From Candidatus Latescibacterota bacterium (GTDB lineage: Bacteria > Latescibacterota > UBA2968 > UBA8231): a DNA stretch of 64,000 nt. Below the pieces are notes generated by a model. That model was not told the DNA's origin, searched no databases, and saw only the letters and a program-made list of their open reading frames with translations. The position numbers were made by a program, and so were the translations under genes. The stretch lies in the NCBI GenBank assembly GCA_965197905.1, contig CBDAOB010000005.1, positions 512,001-576,000 on the forward strand, read 5' to 3'. Positions 56,020 through 64,000 of this stretch are shown in pieces. How positions within the stretch are numbered: position 1 is the first letter of the stretch; every line of letters starts with the position of its first letter.

Positions 56020-59010
56020 GTGACCTATAAGATGTTTATCTACAAGCATATACTGTTAGTTCATGGAACGTTGATCGCGTTGTTGACGGCCCTGGCGGGG
56101 ACAAACCCTGCCCACGGCGCTTCCGTGCAGAGTGGCCGGGCGGCCGGCACCTCCGAGCTCGACGCGTCGCGCCCGTTTCTACGCTGGGAGCGACCCGGTT
56201 ACAACAACCTGGCGCTGCAGAATTTCTCCAACACCGCCAATCACACTGTACCGTACGACGACTCCCCACGCACCTACTACGGTCCGATGGGGGATTACCT
56301 CACGACGGGGTATGACCTCTACCTCTGGGAGGAGACCCGCACACCTGGCCAGGTCTACGGCAGCAGCATATTCAAGCCGAACGAGATGTACGATCATCCC
56401 TGGGAAAAGGTCTACAACGCCGCGGCGGTCTCAAGGGACGGTTACGGAGATTGGGGTTTTACGTTTGTCGCCGGTGATAATCTGATTGCCCGTTTGTCGC
56501 CCATGACCCTGTCCATGACCGACTTCAACGGCTTACGTTTCGATCTGGCCTTACCCAGATTCAAGATTTCCACCCTGGCGTCGAGAATCGAACGACCCCA
56601 TACCTATCAGGAAACGCCCACACTCTGGGCGATTCAAAAAACTCACTTTGCCGATGATTCGACCCTGCTTCTGGGAGGGAGGTTGCAGACGGATCTGGGA
56701 ATCGGCAACATCGGCATCAATCTGGCCAACTCCCACGTCTATCGCAGCACCCAGGATAACAACAGCCTCCGAGGAGTGTTGCGCCCGGATCAGCCGATTG
56801 CTGACTGGATAATCGTGCGTTTCTCCGACGACTCGCCCGACGACGACGTCGGTGGGGCTCATCTGCAGGATGTTCAGCTTATCATCAATGGGAATCCCCG
56901 CCCGGACATCGTGCCACTGGTGGTGAGCAATCCCGCCGGCATTCGGCCGCAGGTGGGCACGGTCTCTGCCGCCACCGGCCGTTTCCGCGCCGTCGACTAT
57001 ACGTCGTTCAACGGCCATCGTCGTTACTATCGCGGTCGCGACGAGGTGCCCCTCTTCTCCGATTACCTGGTGCGCCGCGACCACGAGTTGGGCGAAGATA
57101 TCAGCAAAGTCTCCAATATCGATGGTCTCCTGGCGAATTTTCAGATCGAATCTCCCGCCTCTGCGCTACAGGCGGATGGCGACAAGGAAATCGCTTTCCT
57201 GTACGACGTGAGCCAGGAACCGAACATGGAGTCGGTGGAGTTCGAGGTGCTGGTGGGAAACGACTACAAGGTGGACGTATCGATGCTATACGAGATAAAT
57301 ACGAGGGGAAGGACCTACCACGCCCGCTATAGAGCCACCTTCTACAAAACCGTGCTGCGCTCGCGGGACAACGTGCGGGATCTGACAAATCTGAAGCGCA
57401 GGCGTTTTCACTTGGGGGAAGAGACCGGCATCTTCACCTACAGTGCCGACCTGAAACTGGCCTTGCCGGGGCTCGAGCTCAACGCGGAGTACGCCCGGTC
57501 CGCGCTCTTCACGCGTTTTCCGGCACATGAGGCGCGTGCGCTCACTCCCAATGCGAGCCCCCGGTTTTCAGTGAAGGACGATGCCTATTTCGTCAACGCC
57601 ACTCACTGGTTCGAGGGCGGCCGCCTGGGAGCGGAACTGTTTTCCATCAATCCGGAGTTCACCACCTCGTACCGGACCTACTTGAACGAGGAGAAAGCGG
57701 GAACTGGATTTCTCCACACCAATCTGCACGGCATGCTCAACGAAACGGTCTACTGGGACCTGGTCGAGGACAACGACGACGGCGACCGCTTCCCCGACCG
57801 CCGGATCGGTAACATCGTCGGGTTCACCAACGACAGTCGCGACTGGGATCTCGATGGCGTGAATCTGGCTAGAGATGAGGACAACGACGGTTTCCCCGAT
57901 ACTAACCGCGACGGGGACGGTATTCCTGATTACGAAGAGCCATTCCTGATGTACGACGTGGAGCCCAACATCTATTTCTACGGCCTGGACCGGAACAACA
58001 ACGACGAGCCGGACCGCCGCGAGGACGATGGTCAGGTGGATTATCCGTACGATCCCGACCAACAGGGATACCACCTCTTTGCCCAGTTCGACCTGACACC
58101 CCGGCTCTCGTTAACGGCGGGTCGCTTCTCCGTGGACGAGATCGCGGGCACGGGCCGCAATCAGAGCACCTACGCTTTGCTAACCCTCGATATCCGCGGC
58201 ATCGGCGGGCGTCGCCTTTTCTTCCTCGAGAACAACCTTCGCCGCGTTCGCGACGATATCCGAGACGAATTCGTGACCCTGAGTGAGACCCCGATTCGCC
58301 ACTTGGATTTCAGCTTCCGCGGCCTGAGTGACAACAGCAGTGTAGCTTCGGCGCAACTGTTCGACAAACCGCCCCTGTTTCAGAGCCTTTTCGTTCCCGA
58401 CATCCTTCAGTACCAGGATAGCTACGTCAACGAAACCTACGCGGACCTGAGCCTGAGTCCGTTTTCGACCTTCAAGGTCGATCAGACGCTGCGAGCGCGG
58501 TTCAACTGGCAGCAGGGGGGGGAGCTCTACAACAAAACCTTCCAGCAGGAGCGGCGATTGGACTTCTGGACTTCGGTGTCGCGCGTGGAGTACACCCGGA
58601 GCTGGCGCGGGTTGAGGATTACGCCCCAGTACAAATTCATGCTGCTGCGACTGCGTGACCAGGAGCGCGGCACAAATATGCTGTCGGAGATCCGCTCCAT
58701 CCCGATCCTGCGGTTGGAGTACCAGCTCATGTCGAGGTCATCTCTGCGGGCCGGCTTTCAAGGGATCGGTCCGTTTCCGTATCGTTTAACTGACGACACC
58801 GCCGATCGCAACAGTTACGAGCAGCGCACCGCCTTCGTGACCATTACCAATCGCAGCGGTTATTTTGGCTACGAGCTGGTGACGATCATAGGACTGAACA
58901 GTGACCAGCGAGAGTACGATACCAAATTCCAGGATGTACGCGACTTTGACAGTATGTCACTTTTCGTGCGCGCCCTGGTGGGATTTTCCGATTACGGCCG
59001 CCCCATATGA
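56020..59010 (+). CDS. ~995-aa secreted putative outer-membrane beta-barrel paralogue
   Basis: Signal peptide (start 56020 or 56032), AT-rich upstream region, family motifs; ends ALVGFSDYGRPI. Confidence 0.8.
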   Translation: MTYKMFIYKHILLVHGTLIALLTALAGTNPAHGASVQSGRAAGTSELDASRPFLRWERPGYNNLALQNFSNTANHTVPYDDSPRTYYGPMGDYLTTGYDLYLWEETRTPGQVYGSSIFKPNEMYDHPWEKVYNAAAVSRDGYGDWGFTFVAGDNLIARLSPMTLSMTDFNGLRFDLALPRFKISTLASRIERPHTYQETPTLWAIQKTHFADDSTLLLGGRLQTDLGIGNIGINLANSHVYRSTQDNNSLRGVLRPDQPIADWIIVRFSDDSPDDDVGGAHLQDVQLIINGNPRPDIVPLVVSNPAGIRPQVGTVSAATGRFRAVDYTSFNGHRRYYRGRDEVPLFSDYLVRRDHELGEDISKVSNIDGLLANFQIESPASALQADGDKEIAFLYDVSQEPNMESVEFEVLVGNDYKVDVSMLYEINTRGRTYHARYRATFYKTVLRSRDNVRDLTNLKRRRFHLGEETGIFTYSADLKLALPGLELNAEYARSALFTRFPAHEARALTPNASPRFSVKDDAYFVNATHWFEGGRLGAELFSINPEFTTSYRTYLNEEKAGTGFLHTNLHGMLNETVYWDLVEDNDDGDRFPDRRIGNIVGFTNDSRDWDLDGVNLARDEDNDGFPDTNRDGDGIPDYEEPFLMYDVEPNIYFYGLDRNNNDEPDRREDDGQVDYPYDPDQQGYHLFAQFDLTPRLSLTAGRFSVDEIAGTGRNQSTYALLTLDIRGIGGRRLFFLENNLRRVRDDIRDEFVTLSETPIRHLDFSFRGLSDNSSVASAQLFDKPPLFQSLFVPDILQYQDSYVNETYADLSLSPFSTFKVDQTLRARFNWQQGGELYNKTFQQERRLDFWTSVSRVEYTRSWRGLRITPQYKFMLLRLRDQERGTNMLSEIRSIPILRLEYQLMSRSSLRAGFQGIGPFPYRLTDDTADRNSYEQRTAFVTITNRSGYFGYELVTIIGLNSDQREYDTKFQDVRDFDSMSLFVRALVGFSDYGRPI

Positions 59011-59026
59011 CCCCGAGGTCTCTATT

Positions 59027-61975
59027 ATGAAAAGCATACATGTCTGGCTTGCCACGGTCGCGGCGCTGACTGCTGCTTCCGGTGCCTCTGCCCAGGAAGC
59101 GAGGGTCACGGGCAGCGCCCAGACCTATGATTCTCGCCCCTTTCTGCGCTGGGAACGTCCAGCCTATACGAACTACGCCATCGACCATGTCCAAAATTAC
59201 GAGAATCACCTATTCCCCTACGATGACAACAGGCGAACCATCTACGGGCCGATGGGGGACTTTCTGGTCAACGGTTACGACCTCTACTCGTGGGAGGAGA
59301 ACCGGTCGCCGGGTCAGGAGTATGGCAGCGCTATCTTCAAACCTAATCTGATGTACGATCTGCCGTGGGAGAAGGTCTATAACTCGACGGCTGTAACAAA
59401 GGATGGCTATGGAAACTGGGGTTTCAGCGTTTTCGTTGCCGACAACATGATAGCGCGGTTTTCCCCTTTGACCCTGTCCATGGTCGACTTCAATGGCTTC
59501 CGCTGGGATATGTCACTGCCGCGATTCAAGAGCACAGTGGTGGCTTCCCGGATCGAGCGGCCCCATACCTACCTCGAAACGGCTAACCTCTGGGCCGTCG
59601 GAAGGACCCACTTCGCCGACGATTCGACCGTGCTTCTGGGGAGCCGGATGGAGGCAGATCTGGGTGTGGGCCGTTTGGGTGTCAACATGGTCAATTCCCA
59701 CGTCTACCGCAGTACACAAGAGAGCAACGATCTGCGGGGTGTCGTGCGTCCGGACCATCCGCTGTTGGAGTTTGTCATCGTGCGTTTTACCGACGATTCG
59801 CCCGACGACGGTTTCGGCGGCGCCCACCTGCAGAACGTGACGCTTGTCTTGAACGGTGTAGAGCGGCCCGACATCGTGCCGCTGGTGGTGAGCAATCCTG
59901 CCGGCATCCGGCCCCAGGTCGGCACCTTCTCATCGTCGACAGGTCGTTTCCGCGCTACCAACTATACCTTGTTCAGCGGCGCTCGGCGTTATTACCGCGG
60001 TCGCGACGAGGTGCCCCTCTTCTCCGATTACATGGTGCGCCGCGACCACGAGCTGGGAGAGGATGTCAGCGGTGCTGCAAACCTGAAGGGGTTACTGGAC
60101 AACTTCCACATCGAGTCACCAGCTGGCGCTCTTGAAGCCAACGGGGACCGAGAGATCGCCTTTCTCTACGACCTGTCCCAGGAGCCGGCTGTGGAGTCGG
60201 TGCAGATCGAAGCTTTGCTGGGCAATGACTACAAGGTGGATGTGGCGACGCTGCATGAAGTGAATTCCAGGGGGAGGACGTATCACGCGAAGTACAATGC
60301 CACCTTCTACAAGAATGCACTGCGGTCAAAAGATAACGTGCAGGACCTGACCAACCTCAAGCAGGTGCGTTTTCAGGTTGGCGAAAACACCGGCATCTTC
60401 GTCTACTCTGCCGATCTCGATCTGGCACTACCCGGATTGGAAATCACCGGGGAGTTCGCACGTTCCACGGTGCATTCCCGTTATCCGGCGCAGATGGCGG
60501 GTGAAACCAACTTCGGGGCGAGCCCCCGTTTTACGCGGCAGGACAACGCTTATTTCCTCAACGCGACCCACTGGTTCAAAGCCGGACGTCTGGGTCTCGA
60601 AGCCTTTTCCATGAACCCTGATTTCACCACCACCTACCGCACGTTTCTGGATAAACAGGTGTTCGCTCACACCAATCTTGCCGGCATGATGAACGAAACG
60701 ATCTATTGGGATCTGGTGGAGGACAACGACGACGGGGACCGCCTTCCCGATCGGCGCATGGGCAACATCGTCGGTTTTACCAACGACAGTCAGGATTACG
60801 ATCTGGACGGCGTACACCTTGCCCAGGACGACGACAACGACGGTTTACCGGACACTAACCGAGACGGCGATCAAATTCCCGATTACGAAGAGCCGTTCCT
60901 GATGTACGACGTGGAGCCCAACATCTATTTCTACGGACTCGATCGAAACAACAACGACGAGCCGGATGCGCGGGAGGACGATGGCCAGGTGGACTATCCG
61001 TACGATCCGGACCAGCGTGGTTATCACCTCTTCGGCCAAGTCGATCTGAGCCCGCAGCTCGCATTGGCCGCCGGGCATTATTCGGTGAACGAAATCGCGG
61101 GGCCGGGCCGCACCAGGAGCATCTACGCCCTGCTGACCCTGGACATCAAGGATGTTGGCGGGCGCCCGCTCTTATTCGCCGAGAACAACCTGCGCCGAGT
61201 GCAGGATGATGTTCGCGACGAATTCCTGATCGTGGATGAGACGCCGATCAAGAACCTGGAGTTCAGCTTCCGTGGTCTCACCCAATCCATGTGCACCAAC
61301 TGCAGCGGCAACAACACTACGTTGTTCGATCGCCCACCGCTGTTCACCAGTCAGTTCGTGCCCGACGTTCGAAGCTACCAGGACAGCTACGTCAATGAGA
61401 CCTACATGGACCTGCGGCTGAATCCGGTTTCAACGCTGAAACTGGTCCAGAAGCTGCGGGCGCGCTTCAACTGGCAGCAGGGAGGCCAGCTCTACAACAA
61501 GACCTTTCAAAAGGAGCGGCGTCTAGATTTCTGGACCTCGGTGACGCGGGTGGAGCTTTCAAAGAGCTGGGGAAAACTGAGTCTGACCCCTCAATTCAAA
61601 TACATGTTTCTGCGCCTGAGGGATCAGGAGCGCAAGTCCAACCTCCTTGCGGAAATCCGCTCGATCCCGATCCTGCGGGTGGAGTACCCGCTGATGTCGC
61701 GGACTTCGTTGCGGGCAGGTTTTCAGGGCATCGGTCCGTTCCCGTACAGGCTGACCGATGACACCGCCGATCGCAACAGTTATGAGCAACGCACGGCCTT
61801 CGTGACGATCATCAATCGCAGCGACTATTACGGCTACGAACTGGTTACCATACTTGGTGTCAACAAGGATCAGCGGGAGTACGACACCAAATTCAACGAT
61901 GTTCGCAACTTCGACGCCTTTTCGCTGTTTGTGCGTGCCCTCGTCGGATTCTCCGAATACGGTCGGCCCATTTAA
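59027..61975 (+). CDS. ~982-aa secreted putative outer-membrane beta-barrel paralogue
   Basis: ATG 59027 follows GAGG; signal peptide MKSIHVWLATVAALTAASGASA; ends ALVGFSEYGRPI. Confidence 0.82.
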   Translation: MKSIHVWLATVAALTAASGASAQEARVTGSAQTYDSRPFLRWERPAYTNYAIDHVQNYENHLFPYDDNRRTIYGPMGDFLVNGYDLYSWEENRSPGQEYGSAIFKPNLMYDLPWEKVYNSTAVTKDGYGNWGFSVFVADNMIARFSPLTLSMVDFNGFRWDMSLPRFKSTVVASRIERPHTYLETANLWAVGRTHFADDSTVLLGSRMEADLGVGRLGVNMVNSHVYRSTQESNDLRGVVRPDHPLLEFVIVRFTDDSPDDGFGGAHLQNVTLVLNGVERPDIVPLVVSNPAGIRPQVGTFSSSTGRFRATNYTLFSGARRYYRGRDEVPLFSDYMVRRDHELGEDVSGAANLKGLLDNFHIESPAGALEANGDREIAFLYDLSQEPAVESVQIEALLGNDYKVDVATLHEVNSRGRTYHAKYNATFYKNALRSKDNVQDLTNLKQVRFQVGENTGIFVYSADLDLALPGLEITGEFARSTVHSRYPAQMAGETNFGASPRFTRQDNAYFLNATHWFKAGRLGLEAFSMNPDFTTTYRTFLDKQVFAHTNLAGMMNETIYWDLVEDNDDGDRLPDRRMGNIVGFTNDSQDYDLDGVHLAQDDDNDGLPDTNRDGDQIPDYEEPFLMYDVEPNIYFYGLDRNNNDEPDAREDDGQVDYPYDPDQRGYHLFGQVDLSPQLALAAGHYSVNEIAGPGRTRSIYALLTLDIKDVGGRPLLFAENNLRRVQDDVRDEFLIVDETPIKNLEFSFRGLTQSMCTNCSGNNTTLFDRPPLFTSQFVPDVRSYQDSYVNETYMDLRLNPVSTLKLVQKLRARFNWQQGGQLYNKTFQKERRLDFWTSVTRVELSKSWGKLSLTPQFKYMFLRLRDQERKSNLLAEIRSIPILRVEYPLMSRTSLRAGFQGIGPFPYRLTDDTADRNSYEQRTAFVTIINRSDYYGYELVTILGVNKDQREYDTKFNDVRNFDAFSLFVRALVGFSEYGRPI

Positions 61976-61976
61976 C

Positions 61977-64000
61977 GTGCCCACCCCGCCGGTCGAACGT
62001 ATCACGCATATAACCCTTGTTCTGTTGTACGCCATCGGAATCTCCGGCGCGGTTTCATTGCTACACGCGCAGGAAGACCGCATCTCGGGCACCGGGGAGA
62101 TCTACGAATCCCGGCCGTTTCTGCGCCAGGAAAGCCCGCAGTACCAGAACTTCGCCATTGATCACTTCGGCAACTACCCGAATCACCGGGTTCCCTACGA
62201 CGACGCCCGGCGGACCATCTATGGCCCGATGGGTGACTACCTGACTACCGGTTACGACCTCTATTTTTGGGAAGAGAGGCGAACCGCCGGTCAGGTATAC
62301 GGCAGCGCGATCTTCAAACCCAACGAGGTCCGCTCGATGCCCTGGGAGAAGGTCTACAACTCCACGGCCATCATGAAAGACGGCTATGGCGACTGGGGTT
62401 TCAGCTTCATCGTCGGCGACAACATGATCGCGCGCCTGACCCCGCTCACCCTGTCAATGGTCGACTTCAACGGCTTGCGCTGGGATCTCTCCCTGCCGGT
62501 TTTCAAGGCGACGGCGTTGGCTTCCCGTATCGAGCGACCGCATTCCTATCAGGAGGTGGCCAATCAATGGGCGATCGAAAGGACCCATTTTGCTGATGAT
62601 TCGACCGTGCTTCTGGGGGGGCGCCTGCAGGCTGATCTGGGCATAGGCAGTCTGGGATTCAACCTGGTAAACTCACACGTCTATCAGAGTACCGCCAACG
62701 AGAGCAGCCTGAGAGGTGTTCTGCGTCCCGATCAGCCGCTGATGGAATGGGTCATCGTGCGTTTTTCGGATGATTCGCCCGATGACGGCATAGGTGGCGC
62801 CAGCATACAGGACGTGGAATTGTTAATCAATGGCGAGGTTCGTCCCGATCTAGTGCCGCTGGTGGTGAGCAATCCCGCCGGCCTGCGCCCACAGGTCGGC
62901 ACGGTTTCGCAGGCTACCGGCCGCTTTCGCGCCACTAACTACACCCTGATCTCCGGCCACCGTCGTTACTACCGCGGCCGCGATGACGTGCCACTCTTCT
63001 CGGACTACTTCGTGCGCCGCGATCATGAGTCGGGTGAGGACATCAGCGGAGTCGCGAATCTCGACGGCATAGTCGCAAACTATCAGATCGAATCACCTAC
63101 GGGCATGCTGGCTGCCGACGGCGACAAAGAGATCACCTTTCTCTACGACGTGTCCCAGGAGTCGGCAGTGGAGTCGGTTGAGATCGAGGCGTTGCTCGGG
63201 AACGACTACAAGGTGGACGTGGCGACCCTTTACGAGGTCAACACTCGCGGAAAGACGTATCATGCCCGCTATAAGGCGACCTTCTACAGGACTGTCCTGC
63301 GCGCCCGCGACAACCCTCAGGATATGACCAATCTGCGGAGGGTGCGTTTCCACTTCGGCGAAGACACCGGCATATTCGTCTACAGCGCCGACATCAACCT
63401 GACGATACCCGGGGTAGAGCTGAACGGGGAGTACGCGCGCTCATCGCTCTACTCCCGTTATCCCGCGCATATGGGCGGTGCCACTGCGTTCGACACCAGT
63501 CCACGTTTCGCCGCCCGGGACAATGCCTATTTCCTCAACGCTACTCACTGGTTCAACGGTGGCCGTCTGGGGTTGGAGGCGTTTTCTCTGAATCCTGAGT
63601 TCACCACCTCCTTTCGCACCTACCTGGACGAAGAGTTCTTCAGGCACACTCACCTCCAGGGCTTGTCGAACAACACGATCTATTGGGATCTGGTGGAGGA
63701 CAACGACGACGCGGATCGACTGCCCGATCGGCGCTATGGCAACATCGTGGGTTTCACGAACGACAACCAGGATTACGATCTGGACGGGGTACACCTGGCT
63801 CAGGACGAAGACAACGACGGCTTCCCGGATACCAACCGGGACGGTGACTTTGTTCCCGACTACGAAGAGCCTTTCCTGATGTACGACGTGGAGCCCAACA
63901 TCTATTTCTACGGGTTAGACCGCAACAACAACGACGAGCCGGATCCGAGGGAGGACGATGGGCAGGTGGATTATCCGTACGATCCGGACCAGCGGGGGTT
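61977..64000 (+). CDS. Seventh beta-barrel-like paralogue, truncated by window end (absent from ORF track)
   Basis: GTG 61977 reads MPTPPVERITHITLVLLYAIGISGAVSLLHAQED...SRPFLRQESPQYQNFAIDH...YGPMGDYL. The same frame ends ...EDDGQVDYPYDPDQRG at the window edge. Confidence 0.85.
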   Translation, partial: MPTPPVERITHITLVLLYAIGISGAVSLLHAQEDRISGTGEIYESRPFLRQESPQYQNFAIDHFGNYPNHRVPYDDARRTIYGPMGDYLTTGYDLYFWEERRTAGQVYGSAIFKPNEVRSMPWEKVYNSTAIMKDGYGDWGFSFIVGDNMIARLTPLTLSMVDFNGLRWDLSLPVFKATALASRIERPHSYQEVANQWAIERTHFADDSTVLLGGRLQADLGIGSLGFNLVNSHVYQSTANESSLRGVLRPDQPLMEWVIVRFSDDSPDDGIGGASIQDVELLINGEVRPDLVPLVVSNPAGLRPQVGTVSQATGRFRATNYTLISGHRRYYRGRDDVPLFSDYFVRRDHESGEDISGVANLDGIVANYQIESPTGMLAADGDKEITFLYDVSQESAVESVEIEALLGNDYKVDVATLYEVNTRGKTYHARYKATFYRTVLRARDNPQDMTNLRRVRFHFGEDTGIFVYSADINLTIPGVELNGEYARSSLYSRYPAHMGGATAFDTSPRFAARDNAYFLNATHWFNGGRLGLEAFSLNPEFTTSFRTYLDEEFFRHTHLQGLSNNTIYWDLVEDNDDADRLPDRRYGNIVGFTNDNQDYDLDGVHLAQDEDNDGFPDTNRDGDFVPDYEEPFLMYDVEPNIYFYGLDRNNNDEPDPREDDGQVDYPYDPDQRG

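Noticed and set aside
58901..59026. N-terminal extensions in the ORF track (also 4637, 21534, 22567, 27648, 43890)
   Set aside because: Most overlap upstream genes; downstream ATGs with RBS and family-typical N-termini are better starts.
56020..64000. Possible diversity-generating retroelement or invertible cassette behind the paralogue repeats
   Set aside because: No reverse transcriptase or recombinase, no adenine-specific TR/VR pattern and no flanking inverted repeats seen; the repeats are whole-gene paralogy.

Overview
GC-rich bacterial window with no mobile elements, rRNA, tRNA or CRISPR array that I can see. The gene style (FlgD/T9SS-CTD-like tails, CRTAC1, expanded DUF6785-like permeases) suggests a Latescibacterota/Gemmatimonadota/Poribacteria-like organism; this is inference only. 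One recurring set of uncharacterised envelope families dominates it. (i) Seven paralogues of a ~1000-aa signal-peptide protein with beta-barrel-like strands, acidic DxDxDG Ca-binding-like loops and a shared C-terminal GF(T/S)(E/D)(Y/F)GRxI tail, in three tandem arrays. (ii) Five DUF6785/OPT-like inner-membrane proteins. (iii) One 1506-aa fusion of a PA domain, a degenerate M28 domain and FtsX-type permease segments, followed by an OPT-like transporter with inserted Zn-finger-like and Asp-rich segments. (iv) Two secreted FlgD-propeller-FlgD proteins. Between these lie mostly cytoplasmic enzymes: a DegT aminotransferase, amidohydrolase, PIG-L protein, MDR dehydrogenase, cyclase, DAO oxidoreductase, hydantoinase A/racemase/hydantoinase B, a GH151-like hydrolase, four beta-propeller hydrolases, an SGNH esterase and a UxuA-like protein. 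The best candidate for an undescribed system is a modular, PUL-analogous but SusC/TonB-unrelated nutrient uptake apparatus. Two genes carry single-base indels, which may be sequencing errors. Family names come from motif recognition, not from searches.
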